Positions 11,743 through 25,200 are shown, numbered from the whole stretch's first letter. The stretch: 63,324 bases of DNA, filler included, from Reclinomonas americana ATCC 50394 (GCA_048213135.1; 48 parts of 48 records of this genome joined end to end with filler, not necessarily neighbours in it), one strand, 5' to 3'. The notes: generated by a model not told the origin, from the sequence alone. Program-made: numbers and translations.

Positions 11743-12777
11743 CTGGCGTGGAGAGGAAGAGGTAAGGGGGCAAGAAAATGAAAGGAATGGGAAATGGGTG
11801 AAGGAACAGGGGAAGGAACAGGGGAAAACCAGGGGAAACCGGGAAGGAAGGGGAGAAGGGGAGANNNNNNNNNNNNNNNNNNNNNNNNNNNNNNNNNNNN
11901 NNNNNNNNTTAATTAATTAANNNNNNNNNNNNNNNNNNNNNNNNNNNNNNNNNNNNNNNNNNNNGAGAAGGGGGGAGAGAAAGGGAAGAGAAGGGGAAGA
12001 GAAGGGGAAGAGAAGGGGAAGAGAGGGGAAGAGGAAGGGGAAAAGAAGGGGAAGTGAAGGGGGAAGTGAAGGGAGAAGTGAAGGGGGAAGTGGAGGAGGA
12101 AGAGCAAGAGGGGAGAGCAAGAGGGGAGAGCAAGAGGGGAGAGCAAGAGGGGAGAGCAAGAGGGGAGAGCAAGAGGGGAGAGAAGGGAGAGCAACGGAGG
12201 GGGAGAGGAGGGGGAGAGATGGGAGAGAGAAGGGGAGGTGAGGCGGAAGGAAGAAAGAGTAAAGGGAAACAGCGACGGGAGAGAACGGGAGGGAAAGGGC
12301 GGAAGTGAGGGGGGAAGAGAAGAGGACACGAGAGCGGGTACAGCAGAAACGATGAGAAAGAGCGAGAGCGAGAAACACTGGGAAAGAGAAAATATATGAG
12401 CGAGATGCACCACGAGAGACAGAGAACGGGATGGATGATGTTGAGTAATTCGAAGAGAAATGCACGGGCGCGAAGAAGAATGAAGTGGATGAAGGGCGGA
12501 GGAAATGGGAAACAAAGAGCAAGAAACAACGAGTGGCTGAGAACAGGAAGGAGTCCGAGACAGGGAGGGAGATAAATCGCGCGCAGGAGCGACGTATCGA
12601 GGACGTGATAAACCAAGAAAGGGATGAAGGAAGCAGGAGAGAGCGATGGACTGAGCAAACTGGGAAAGGAAGTGTGAGAGAAGAGATGCAGGATGGTCTT
12701 TGCGAACGAGAGACCAGAGAGAGAGAGAGAGAGAGAGCACATACACACCCTCGACGACCACGCCCCTACCCCGCAAC

Positions 12778-13100
12778 TTCTTGATGAGATCCGTTCTCCG
12801 CAGCAATCGTAATGTGTGCATGGAGAAGAAGAAGACCACGAGGGAGAACTCGCACACTTTGAGAATGTTGGCAAGCAGACTGAGTATTGCCGCATGCGCC
12901 GCAAAGTACAAGATAAACAGCAGCAGCGCCTCCACTGCGCCCATCCACAGCACAACTTTCTGCTCAACAATGAGGCTTTTTTTCTTGAGAGAGTAATGTT
13001 GGTTAGGCGCACCTGTATGCTGACGGGCACGAATCCGAGTCGGAAGACTTGAATGATGAGCACGCCCAGTGTGAGGAAGAAGAAGAGCGAGAGCATGCCG
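12778..13100 (-). CDS. Multi-pass membrane protein fragment
   Basis: Consecutive hydrophobic segments (VEALLLFILYFAAHAAILSLL; FSLVVFFFSM) between CT-rich introns. Confidence 0.4.
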
Positions 13101-13291
13101 GTGCTGTGAAAGAGGGAAAGAGAGTGAGAGAGAGTGAGGAAATCAGTGATTGGCAGTTGGTGTCAGTCATGATGGTGAAAGGGAAAGAAGGNNNNNNNNN
13201 NNNNNNNNNNNNNNNNNNNNNNNNNNNNNNNNNNNTTAATTAATTAANNNNNNNNNNNNNNNNNNNNNNNNNNNNNNNNNNNNNNNNNNNN

Positions 13292-13644
13292 TAAGTGGCA
13301 GTCTGGATAAGACTGTACGGATGTGGTCGGTGGCAAGTGGTGAGGAGGTGCGCCGACTGGAAGGCCACACGAAAATGGTGTGTGCGGTGGCAGTGACACC
13401 CGATGGCCAGCACATTGTGAGTGGCAGTTATGACAATACTCTACGGGTGTGGTCGGTGACAAGTGACGAGAAGTTGCGCCGACTGGAAGGCCACACGAGT
13501 GCGGTGCGTGTAGTGACAGTGACACCTGATGGCCTGCAAATTGTTGCACGTGAGAAGGAGATGCCATGTGTGCGCCGTTGTGAAGGCTTGCTCGAGCGCA
13601 TTTTCGGCTCCTTCCTGCCTGATTTCACCGATTCAGATCTGTGA
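13292..13644 (+). CDS. WD40-repeat protein C-terminal fragment (high-identity repeats; last repeat truncated)
   Basis: SGSLDKTVRMW, LEGHTKMVCAVAVTPDGQHIVSGSYDNTLRVW, LEGHTSAVRVVTVTPDG. Confidence 0.85.
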
Positions 13645-14617
13645 CAATCACAACTGCGAGCGTGTATGTACCCTCGAGTGAAAGCCACCGTGTTTGCGAT
13701 GAGGTTGCATGTGATGCAGACACGTGTGTAGCCTTCGCCCGCAAGTTGCATGCCGTGTGTGTTGATTGATCATCACGAGGTAATCCACTCGTTGCCCCTT
13801 TCTCTGTCAGAAGAAACCTCAGCGACCTGACAATGCACTGCACTATCTGGTTGTCGTCGCCTCTGTCCACATCTGTCGCCGATGAAGATGACCATTGATC
13901 CAGCTCCACCTTGATACCGCGGAGGTCGATGTTGCCAAGCAAGCCGTCTTGATTACTTCGCATTCATTCGACTGCGATGCGACATCCTCATGTCATGTAA
14001 ACAGTTGATGGGAATGCGTTTTTTCGAGTTCCAGAAGCAAATATGCGTCGTAATATACTGGTAGGAGATGATACAAGAGATGTCACTGGATCCTGACGAG
14101 TGTGCGTGCAGTGGCTGATAGGGATCGCGCGTTATGATTTCGTGGCACGGATGTCGTTTGGCTTGCTGTGCGAGCGACACGTGCGTTACTGCGCCATTGT
14201 TCTTTGCGTGAGATGAAACGGTGAGTAGTGTATTGTGAGCCTCTGTCGTTGGATGCTTGATCTCGAATGCAAGGAATAAAAGCGGCATTGAATGTCTGCG
14301 TAGTTCAGCGACTGTGCCACATGGACACGCAATCTTTTTACTCTTTCATTTCATGCATCCTCGACGAATGAGAGGGGGAAAGGAGACTTAGAACGCAATA
14401 ACACGACGAGTGGCAGACACAGAATCACACTCACAAGAACATTCACTAGCACGCCACTCTCACGATGACGCATGTACATGCGGGCTGCGACAGCTCCGAC
14501 ACGTCGGTGCTCAACTGNNNNNNNNNNNNNNNNNNNNNNNNNNNNNNNNNNNNNNNNNNNNTTAATTAATTAANNNNNNNNNNNNNNNNNNNNNNNNNNN
14601 NNNNNNNNNNNNNNNNN

Positions 14618-15843
14618 CTGCAGCCTGACAATCACACGCACAGCGATCGTGTGAGTATGAGACGCATCGCACCTGACCAACACGTTCTCGAAGAAGTACT
14701 CTCCAAGAGAAGACTTCAACTCGCCCTCCGCCACATTCTCTGTGAGGTCATCAAGCAGGAGGACTGAATCTGCGTCCGCGGTCCAGATGGCCTCGAGCAC
14801 CAACACTGGATCCCCGTCAGCTCCCGCGATGATCGACGCCACTTCCTTCGAGCAAGGCAGGCCGAAATAGGTGGGCAGAAGACTGCAGAGTGAAGAGGAA
14901 TGTGTCACAACATGTACAGGCAGCAACAATGCGCGTCAGGACAAACACATGCAGATGACGTACATGCCGCCCGTGACTCCTGTGTCGGAGGCAGCTAGCT
15001 CGAAGCCGCCGTCGGCACGTAGGACTGGCAGCTCGCACTTGGACGTGAGGATGCCGTGTTTATAGAGATAAACCCCGCACCTTTTCGTGGGAGAGACAGC
15101 TCGAGAGAGTGAGCAGCAGCAAGGGTGACGAAATATCCGAACCAATGAAGAAGTTCCACCAACCGTCCACGGGAAGCTTTTGCGTGGCTTGCGTACGCTT
15201 TCACCATGTTGTCCAAGGCCTTGTTAACACGCCCCTTCTCCTGAGCCACAAAATGGAAATCGTCGATGTCGTCGCTGCACACAAGAAGATTGCGAAGAAA
15301 ATTGAAAATTTAGAGAAAAAGTAGTACCGCTGCGCGCGATCGCAGCGGGAGTGACGACAATGATGAGCTCACCCGTCCGGATTCCACTTCAAGGCAATGA
15401 AGTTTTGGCGACTGTCCTCTGTCTTGCACGTTATCGCTTCCAGAAAACGCGATAATGTGGCAGACTTGAAAAAGCGGCGAAATGGGGATCGACGGATCGT
15501 CTCCAACAATGAGTGCGCCACGTCGCCTTTGCCCTCAGTCATCTTGGACAACGCCTTGATCGTGTCATTGGCCTCAAACACGGTGTTGGCCTGATGCAGA
15601 TGAAACTTGACTGTGCGCACCTGATGAAAAATGAATGAGACAGAGTGCGCTGCGCAGCGCAACAAGAGTACAACAACACAAATACTGGAAAACTCACATT
15701 GTTCTCCACTCCGTAGCTGGCGTGATTCGCAACCATGCACAAAAGAAGGCGCAGTGCGTGAAGCGTTAAGATGGTAAACCACACGAGACGACGGCGCCCC
15801 AGATGTTCGATCAAGCCGCCATGACCATTGCCGAGGGAGTAAG
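14618..15843 (-). CDS. Hypothetical multi-exon protein fragment
   Basis: Several short GT-AG introns join ORF pieces in frame (e.g. VELLHW|CGVYLYK, YVICI|LLPTYF). Confidence 0.55.
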
Positions 15844-16072
15844 NNNNNNNNNNNNNNNNNNNNNNNNNNNNNNNNNNNNNNNNNNNNTTAATTAATTAAN
15901 NNNNNNNNNNNNNNNNNNNNNNNNNNNNNNNNNNNNNNNNNNNGAGTGCGGCTGGTGCCTCTGGCTCCTCCGGAACCGGTGGTGTTGTGCCAGTGCGGAG
16001 GCGGACCTGTTGCGTATTGCACTCGTACCTTTCCGCGCCATGCTTCCTCTCACTTGCTGGTGGGTGATGCAG

Positions 16073-16902
16073 CGGCCGCCCCGGAAGACGACCGTGCGTG
16101 GATGGAAATGGAGCAGGAGATTCGTGAGCGCGACCAGACCATTACGCGAGTTGAGTGATTCATGGCTCACAATATCCTTCTCGTCCTCTGCGTTTCTCAC
16201 TCTTTCCTGATGGCGCAGCTCGAATACGAAATCAGTCAGCTGAAGCGCACATACGAGGACCTCGACTCGAGAATTCAGCGCAATCTCGACGACGCCGTGA
16301 TGCAGTACCAGTTGGAGATTGAGCACTTGCAGTTTGAGGTAAGCAAGGGATACTTCTGAACAGGCATCGTCATCGATGTCGTCTCATTGTCGGCGCAGGT
16401 GACGGAGAGCCAGAAGAAGTTGAGTGAGACCATGCACATTTTGGAGCAGATGCGACAACGGCAAGCTGCCTCGCTGATGCCTCAGGCGCTGAGCCCACTA
16501 CCCGACGGCCAGCTGCAAGCCGGGCGACCCACAGCAGTTTCGTGTGACCGAAAGGCACGTCGTTGCACAGCGTTACTCACGGTTGCGATGAAAACAGGAC
16601 GACACAACGGTGCCGGCGGTGGTTCCGCGCTCGCTGTACATGGAGCTGACGAGTGCTGCCGACCTCAGCCTCCAAGCCGCACACGGCATGGGGGAGGAGC
16701 ACGAACGGGAACGGGCACTGATCATGCGACATTTGCAGGCGGTGGAAATGGTGCGCTGCTGCTGCGCAATCGCTTTTCTCGGTGTGCCTGCGTTGAACTC
16801 ACACTCGTGCGCGTGCATCCAGATTCTGCAAAAACTGCGCGAGACAGATCTCAGACGGCTCAACCCGAAGCACCGTGACATGTCGCCTGTCGAGTTGCAG
16901 CA
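16073..16902 (+). CDS. Coiled-coil protein fragment, multi-exon
   Basis: EQEIRERDQTITR|LEYEISQLKR...LQFE|VTESQKKL; intron 16150-16218 removes an in-frame TGA. Confidence 0.65.
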
Positions 16903-17021
16903 GGTACGCACAATCATCAACGCAAACCAGAGCACGCACATGGAGTACACTGGCACACAGAACACATGAGCAGCACACAGTAGAAGTGCGCACGTTGACA
17001 CTTGTGGTGATGCGCGCACCA

Positions 17022-17114
<93 letters not shown>

Positions 17115-17265
17115 CTACACACACACACACACACACACTACTACACACACACACACACACACACANNNNNNNNNNNNNNNNNNNNNNNNNNNNNNNNNNN
17201 NNNNNNNNNTTAATTAATTAANNNNNNNNNNNNNNNNNNNNNNNNNNNNNNNNNNNNNNNNNNNN

Positions 17266-18490
17266 AAAACGTCAATATCATGGCGACTGTGCGGGGCGAT
17301 GCCTGTGTGAAAGCCATAGTGTCAAGCGTCGCCGTAGGTCCGGCTCGAGCCGATGCGACGAACAACAGCGGATTCGTGATGCTTGACGGAGGTGAGCATC
17401 TCGAAACTCTTTCTTTCTCTCTCTCTCTCTCGTTACCCATGTCACTTCGTCCTCTTGATTGATTCCCTGTGCTTCTCTCCTATTCAAATCGACAACCCTC
17501 TCTCCATTAATTGTCTTGTCCTCTCCTCCTTTTGTAATGGGGGACTACATTGCTGTCGCTGATAATTTCTCTTTGCGTGCTGCAGAAACGACGCACACCA
17601 GTGCCTCTCTGACCGTCACCGTGAGCCTTGTGACACCGCAGTCGCCGCGTGGATTGCTCAAGTCTACTGTTGCGACTATCCTCGGCCTGCGAGGCTGGAA
17701 GTCCGCTGCTGCTGCCGGCTTTGTCCGTGTTCATCACGACGTGCTTCACGACTCGCTTTCTCTCGTCACCACCGTTGTCGGCAACGAGACGTACGCTACT
17801 GGCTTCTCTTTCCGCACTGCTGATCCGGGCGCCGGCAATGTCACCTATGCGACGTGGGTGGCGATCGGACGCGCTGTGGTAGCTACGCCTACCAGTTGTC
17901 CAGCTGGATTTGTGGGCTCTGATTGTGGGCGCTGCACGTTTGATGTCAACACTTCGGTGTGCTCGGGCGACCTACGCAATGTGCTGAGCTGTTCCTCTGA
18001 CGGTGCTGTCGTGCGAAGAAAATGTGACGCCGGCTCTGTGTGCCATTCAACTTCGGCAACGACCGTGGATTGCGGAGTGCCGTGTGCCAACGAGGGAGTC
18101 AGCTCGTGTCTCGCCAGTGGCCTCGGCTTTACAACATGTGCAAGCGGATACGTCGCCACGACGAATTGTGGCAGTCACCAAGTGTGTCGAGCCAGTGGCA
18201 ATACTGCTCAGTGTGTTTCGACGTGCGTCGACCGGTTGACATCTTGCTCGGGCCAGGGTGATTGTGTTGACGGGCAGTGTTCGTGCGACGCGGGTTATTA
18301 CGGAGCGTCGTGCAACGTGAATTGCGTGGCGGCGACAACGTGCTCGGGTCATGGAACGTGCAAGAGTGACGGCACGTGTCTGTGCACTGGCGACTACACG
18401 AATGCCAGCTGCAACTGCAGTCCATCGGCGACGTGCTCTGGTCACGGAACGTGCAACACCAATGGCACTTGCACGTGCGCTGCCAACTAC
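17266..18490 (+). CDS. Cys-rich surface protein with EGF-like (tenascin-type) repeats, partial
   Basis: CSGQGDCVDGQCSCDAGYYGASC, CSGHGTCKSDGTCLCTGDYTNASC, CSGHGTCNTNGTCTC; intron 17392-17585. Confidence 0.85.
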
Positions 18491-18640
18491 NNNNNNNNNN
18501 NNNNNNNNNNNNNNNNNNNNNNNNNNNNNNNNNNTTAATTAATTAANNNNNNNNNNNNNNNNNNNNNNNNNNNNNNNNNNNNNNNNNNNNCGTGAGCAGG
18601 AGCAAACGTGTGCCGGCAGACAGTGTGAGACGACGCGCAC

Positions 18641-19750
18641 CTTCTCCCAGCTGGTCAACACATTGAATGCTTGACGCAAGTGCTGCACGGCGGCGTCGGC
18701 GTCGTACGGCGATTTGCCGTCGCCACGCAGCAGCCGCGGCATATCGACTTGCGCAGCCACACGATCGGCAATCGTGTCGGCAATGCGTTCCATCAGCGGT
18801 CGCATGCGGTGATCACGGTTAAAGTACCGACTGCGCAGCGTTGTCTCGTCAGTCAGCAAGTCAAGGAAAGCGAGAGAAGAAACTAGTCATATCCGCCGTA
18901 CCTAATGATCCACACCATGCGCAGTGCCTTGAGCATCGACGGAATGGTGTCCAGCATGGTCGACAAGTCGCCCTCGGTGAGGTTCTTGAAATGGCGCTCC
19001 AGCGTGGTGAGGAACTTGACATTGTCCTTGGCCTCCGAGTACAGATTGTTCAACTCCTTCTTCAGCTCAAAGAACGCCGAGTACACCTCGCTCTCGCCAA
19101 GTCGCTCGCCGCGCTCCTTGACTTGCAGCACCTCGAGGATGCGGAGCGCTGGTCGGCTGTTGATCTGCTCGTACACGGTGCCGACAGCAGCGTTGCGGTC
19201 TCGCCAAAAGTCAATGTCGGCCAACGGACCCTGTGCGTGGGTGGGGGGGTGTGCGTGTGCGTGGTAAGCGGCAGGTACACACGGGCGAAGGGGAGTGCAC
19301 CACATGTGAGCGACAAACCTTGCCGGGTTCCACCTCGTTGCCCTTCTCACTGTCAATGAGGTTGCGAATGCGCTCAGTCCATGTGCGCACGCACTCCTCG
19401 ATGCGCTCCACCAACTCCGGGTCCTCCGTGGCCACTCGTTGCGCACTGTCAATGATAAAGTCGGGGATCTCGATGCGGACCTCGCCACCGACTTGCTGCC
19501 GTACGTGCGACAGTTGCAGCGTGAACTTGCGCAGGTTCGAGACAAACTCGCTGCGCACGTTGGCATCGCCAGAACTGGGCGCTCCACCACCAGCCGCCGC
19601 CGACGCCGAGGCGTGGAAGTGTGAATGCTGCTGGTGTTGCGTGTCATCCAGCAGCGGCACAAACACCTCCGACAACACCTCCTCCAGCGCCGTCAGCGAA
19701 TGGTTTGACAGCGCGCCAAACTCGAAATACTTCTCCATGACGATTGCTTG
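18641..19750 (-). CDS. DNAH10: Axonemal inner-arm dynein heavy chain (I1-alpha type), N-terminal DHC_N1 region
   Basis: GPLADIDFWRDRNA...AKDNVKFLTTLERHFKNL...LDTIPSMLKALRMVWIISRYFNRDHRMRPLMERIA after splicing. Confidence 0.88.
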
Positions 19751-19927
19751 CGCTGCACGAAAAAAACCGTCATCAATGAGACAACCAGCAGGCGCAGGGC
19801 GGCAAGACACACACNNNNNNNNNNNNNNNNNNNNNNNNNNNNNNNNNNNNNNNNNNNNTTAATTAATTAANNNNNNNNNNNNNNNNNNNNNNNNNNNNNN
19901 NNNNNNNNNNNNNNCGTACCGACCTCG

Positions 19928-20008
<81 letters not shown>

Positions 20009-20255
20009 GTGACAACCGTGCAGCTATCGGTTCAACGGCACGGGGGCATATGTGCAAGTGACATCGACGCTTTTGAATGTCAGTTGAGTGATTATGTGTA
20101 GAGAGAAAGAATGTGTGTGTTAGAGAGAGAATGTGAGTGCGGGAGAGTTAGTGTGTTTGAAGTTGTACATGTCGAAGGATCTAACATACATGCGCCCCCA
20201 CTCCTCCCCTCTCCCCTTCGGGTTTCTTCCGTTTTCTCTCCTCCCATTTTTGCAG

Positions 20256-21032
20256 ACAAACTGGCGGAGTCATTCTCGCCGAGTTCGATTGTGGCGGAGA
20301 CTAGTGAACAGACGATCACGGTGACTGGACGTGGTCTGACGACGGCCGATGCGATTCGTCTGGTGCTCGGTGCTTCGTGTGGCGGAGCGACGACGTACGA
20401 TCTGGCTGTGGGATCGGCGGGTGGTGTTGCGGGAGCGCGGACTGTGGTTGGCACAGTGTCGGACGTGAATCTGACGCCTGCTGGCTCGTATGTGGTGTGG
20501 TGAGTGTGTGTGGAGATGAGATGTGATGAGGTGTAGAGGTATTTATAGTTATTGTTGTTGATTGTTGTCGTTATTTTTTAATGTGAGTCTTTGCATTTAA
20601 TGCGATTTTCTGCTGTTTCGATTGAACGTGTTGTGCATGGAACAGCTACAAGTACAACAGCACTGGATCGTTTGTGGCGCTGTCGGGAGCACTGAGCGTG
20701 TGTTGCGTACTGTTTCTTTCTTTGTAGGTGCTTTTATGTTGTCATGTTGTTGGATTGTGTTTCATTGTGAATGGGATTACAGCCAAGCTGGCGGAGTCAT
20801 TCTCTCCAGCTGCAATCGGTGCCAGTACAGCCGGACAGACGGTGACTGTGACTGGACGCGCGTTGACAGCGATTGATGTTGTGCGATTGGTGTCTGGCGG
20901 CGGCGGCACGTGTACGACTGGCACGACGACGTACGACATGACGAGCGGAGCAGTGGGTGGATCGGCGGGAGCACGCACACTGACAGTGTCGACTGGCGAC
21001 AGCAGTCTTGCGGGTGGATCGTATCTTGTGTG
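20256..21032 (+). CDS. Surface protein built from about 100-aa Ig/IPT-like beta modules (two copies visible)
   Basis: Repeat KLAESFSP..I...T..QT.TVTGR.LT..D..RLV....C....TTYD...G..GG.AGART.......L..GSY.VC; each copy has the same intron positions. Confidence 0.7.
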
Positions 21033-21237
21033 GTTTGTGAACTATGACTCGTGATGCAGGTGTTTTTTTGTATGTTTTGCTGATGACATTGTTGTTTGTT
21101 TGTGTGTGTATGTGTGTGTGTGTGTGTGTTTGTGTGTNNNNNNNNNNNNNNNNNNNNNNNNNNNNNNNNNNNNNNNNNNNNTTAATTAATTAANNNNNNN
21201 NNNNNNNNNNNNNNNNNNNNNNNNNNNNNNNNNNNNN

Positions 21238-22108
21238 CCAGAGCGCCTCCAGATGCCGCGCCGTCCACGACGAGTTGGCCATGACTAGATGCGCAAAGCG
21301 ACCGCACGTGCCGTAGAGCCATGCAAACGCCCGATAGTACCCGAGCTTGGCCGCCGATCGCCACCAGCTGCGCGCCACCTCGGCACGGTTGTTGTAGGTG
21401 ACGGTGCGATCGCGCACCAGGCCAATCATATCGGTGCTGATGGTCGGGTAGTGCACGTAGCAGGCGACCCGCTCACAGCAGGCGACCAGTGCCGCCAGCG
21501 GATAGGCAAACGCAAAGCCGGTGGTGTCGATAAACACGTGCGGGTTTAGCAGGCGCAGAGCTCGGAAGGCGACCACCACAGAGCCGAGGCTCTGACCGAT
21601 CAGAGTCAGGCGTGGATAGGTCGACGCCTGCAGCAGGCGATCGCTGCCGATGCGAATGAACGAGAGACGCGCATCGGGCGGCAATCGAATGCCAAACGAG
21701 GTCTGTGGGGCGAAGACAAGAGAGTTGTGAGAGAGTGACGCATTCCTCCTTACCTCCTCTCTCTCACCTCCACGCGCTGCAGAATGTCGGCATGCGATCG
21801 ATCGCTGACCGTGTACACGTGCAGATTGAGAGTCGGCTCCAGGCGACACAGCGAGGCAATGATGATCCACAGTACTCGCTCGCCTCCGCCTCCTGCGTCA
21901 CTGTGCACGCAAGAAATGAGCACACACACTCACACACGAAGAGAGACAGTTGTCGCTTTCACCAGTACGGATGGAAGAATGCAACGTGACGACCTGTGTG
22001 TGCAGCAGGCCGTGACAGGCGCAGCACGAGCCACAGAGAGGCCCACAGGAGGAGCAGAGTGAGCGCAGTGAGCAGAGACAGTGAGAGAAGCAGTGAGGCG
22101 ATCGACAT
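21238..22108 (-). CDS. ALG11: GDP-Man:Man3GlcNAc2-PP-Dol alpha-1,2-mannosyltransferase, 5' part
   Basis: N-terminal TM, AFFHPYC|DAGGGGERVLW, TLIGQSLGS, PHVFIDTTGFAF, YVHYPTISTDM, ANSSWTARH. Confidence 0.95.
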
Positions 22109-22656
22109 GGCGCCCTCTCTGCTCTTCCCACCGAGTTGTCGTGACGGGACAAACAAAACACGACACGTGTTTACAAGTGGCATGCACAAAGGAGGGCGGT
22201 GGTGTGTGATTGTATTACATAACGGCAAAGCACCGTAGGGGGATCGAGAGAGAGAAGAGAGCTTCTATTTGGGTGGCTGCGGTGAGAGCGCGGAATCCGT
22301 TGGTGGTGTGCCGATGGTGTGGGCGGTCGGTGGCGCGCGATGTGCGGAGCGACGCAGCTCGAGCATGATGGGATTGGAGGTGAAGTCGTCGTCGTCAAAC
22401 TCAATGTCGCCCGCTGGCGGTGCGGCTGGTGCGGCTGCTGAGCCGCTGCTGCCACCGCCANNNNNNNNNNNNNNNNNNNNNNNNNNNNNNNNNNNNNNNN
22501 NNNNTTAATTAATTAANNNNNNNNNNNNNNNNNNNNNNNNNNNNNNNNNNNNNNNNNNNNCTCTCTCTCTCTCTCTCTCTCTCTCGGCTCTTCGTTTCTC
22601 AACTGCCCCCTCTCCAAATCCCTTCCCCCACCACCTCTCCCAACACTCGCCACTCA

Positions 22657-23530
22657 CCAAACCGCTGCTCGGACGGCGGCAGCTGACGCGACCGGAACGG
22701 CTTCGGTTTGCCCGCCCGCGTCTCCAGCACTGCGAGTCGCGTCGTGCCCCCGCTGGTGATGTGCGTCACCGGCGCCACATACTTGTGCTCCGACTCGGCC
22801 ATCTGGCGTTGCACGACACCGCCGAAACGCGAGTGCCGCACCGACAGCGACCGCTGGAAGGCACGCCGCTGCTGCTGCTCCGCCGCCACCGCCGCCGCCA
22901 GGTTCTTTTTCAGGAAGGGGTCGGCTGACTGACGGTGGAGAAAGTGAGACACAATCATTCGAGAAAGGGTGTGCGCGCGTCGCAACATTGGCGGGCGCCT
23001 TGGTGAGACCGGCCTCGACGACGGCCGCCGGATCCTCGTCCCACAGCAGCAGTGCCACCATTTCCAGCATGAGAAAGTTGAGCGTACGCGTCTTGCGCAG
23101 CGTTTCGGCGTGCTCGCACAGCAGGGTGATGGCGTCGAGCACGTGCTCGCGCACAAAGCAATCGACAATGTCGTCGCGCGTCGAGGTCTCGTCGAGGGGC
23201 GGGATGCGCAGCAGGTTGACAAAGAGCGTGACCACCAGCTCCAGGTACCGAATGTCTTCCGAGCCGAGAATGTCTTCATCGGGGTCGTCCTCGTCGGCCA
23301 CACTGCGTGCGGTGAGCGTGTAAGAGAGATGGCAAGAGTAAGAGGAGAGGAGAGGACGGGGAAAATGCAAACATTTGCAGCGTGTTGAACGGCTGCACGA
23401 GGGAGATCATAATGGCGGCCAGCATGTCGGCGTCGAGGATGGATTTGCGAAAGGTGCGCATGACGGCCCACTGCTCGCGCTTGTTGGTGCACTCGGCGGG
23501 TGGGGCCATTGTGAGGACCACGAGGAGTTT
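22657..23530 (-). CDS. TIMELESS: Timeless/Tof1 family protein fragment
   Basis: LELVVTLFVNLLRIP, NFLMLEMVALLL, and the diagnostic RHSRFGG motif after splicing. Confidence 0.8.
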
Positions 23531-23619
23531 GGCTGAGGGAGGGGAGGGGGTGTGAGAAAGGGGAAGGGGGTATGAGGGGAAGGGACAAAGGGGAAGGGAT
23601 ATGAGGGGAAGGGAAGGGA

Positions 23620-23661
<42 letters not shown>

Positions 23662-24486
23662 AGGAAAGGAAGGAAGGAAGGGAAAGGTAACTGCTGTACC
23701 GTACATCCGCCTTGGCCGTACAGCAGATGAGAAAGCGAAAACAACAGAAGAGAGGAGAGAAGAAAGAGATGAGACTGNNNNNNNNNNNNNNNNNNNNNNN
23801 NNNNNNNNNNNNNNNNNNNNNTTAATTAATTAANNNNNNNNNNNNNNNNNNNNNNNNNNNNNNNNNNNNNNNNNNNNCGCATCTGGCACATGTCATCAAA
23901 GCACCCAAATAATGTAGATGAAACAAAAACGGTGCGTTATCCACAAGCAGGACGACAGCAGGCACCGCACCCAGAAAGCCAGAAGAAAACAGATACCACA
24001 CAAAGCACTCATGCCTCATTGTGAGGAACGCACATCACCAACATAGAGCGTCGTCGTCTGCCGATCCATATCCAGCCCCACAGGACTGTGTTTCGCAACA
24101 TCGTGTCAGCATCACGCTCGTAACGAGAGAGGAACCCCGCACGCGCACAACAGCTAATCAACGCAACTTGTAGAATCGAGCAACAGACGGACCGCCATTC
24201 ACGTAGTCGTGCGTCTGGCCACATCCGCCAGTGTATGTCGACACATCTCCCGAGTGAATGTCAATGAATCGGATGCATTGATTGCTGCACGCCCGCACAA
24301 GTCAGTGCCAAATCAAGACATCATCCTCACGGCAATACACGCAAAAGTATACGCAACTGGTAGTCCGAGATATACAGATTGCCACGTGCATCTGAAGTCA
24401 TTCCCTACTCACACACAACACAACACACATGCGTGTGAGCAATTCAACTCCAAATAACAACGACAACCTTAGCCACTGACACTCAC

Positions 24487-25100
24487 CCATGGCTGGTTAA
24501 ATATCGCATGCAGTCGATCGTCGTCCTTGAAGCCGTTTGTGCCAAAGCTGCCAGCAAAGGTGCTGACCGCGGATGCTGTTGAGAAATCTCCACTGTCGAC
24601 CGCAAGCTCAAAGTAGTTGCTGCTGTCCGACGCAGAAAGGTTGGTGACCAGACCATTCAACGTCGCAGTGAGCGACGACACTGCTGACGCGGCGTTTGTC
24701 GTCGCCGACGAAGCTGGCAACAACGAGAATACACCACATAGTCAATAATCAAGTGTGCTGATAACATCAACGTGAGATGAACTTACTATTGCTGACGAGG
24801 AGTGACGTGCTGCCAACTTGCACTGGCGTCCCCGATCCGCCGTACAGATAACTGCATCGAAACAAAGGGACGTCACACAAGAAGTGCACGCGGGAAGTCG
24901 CAAATGCAAAGCAATGAGCGAACCACACAAGATACGATCCGGCCGCCAGACTGGTGTTGCCAGTCGACGCCGTCAGCGTGCGCGCTCCCGCCGATCCACC
25001 CACTGCTCCGCTCGTCATGTTGTACGTCGTCGTGCCACTCGTGCAGGTGCCACCAGACACCAATCGCACAACATCGCTCGCTGACAATGCTCGCCCCGTT
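24487..25100 (-). CDS. Same Ig-like module family as 20256-21032, followed by an FN3-like segment (ATTNAASAVSSLTATLNGLV)
   Basis: DVVRLVSGGTCTSGTTTYNMTSGAVGGSAGARTLT...GSYLVC is near-identical to the second module at 20783-21032. Confidence 0.7.
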
Positions 25101-25200
25101 NNNNNNNNNNNNNNNNNNNNNNNNNNNNNNNNNNNNNNNNNNNNTTAATTAATTAANNNNNNNNNNNNNNNNNNNNNNNNNNNNNNNNNNNNNNNNNNNN

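Noticed and set aside
11909..12700. Long Ser/Leu/Pro/Phe-rich or ERERER/CVCVCV ORFs here and elsewhere
   Set aside because: Translations of microsatellite or low-complexity intron sequence that lacks stops by composition.
15277..15372. Possible 2-nt micro-exon (cag|CG|gtac) inside an intron
   Set aside because: A single intron already keeps the frame (NPDG|DDIDD); including it would frameshift.
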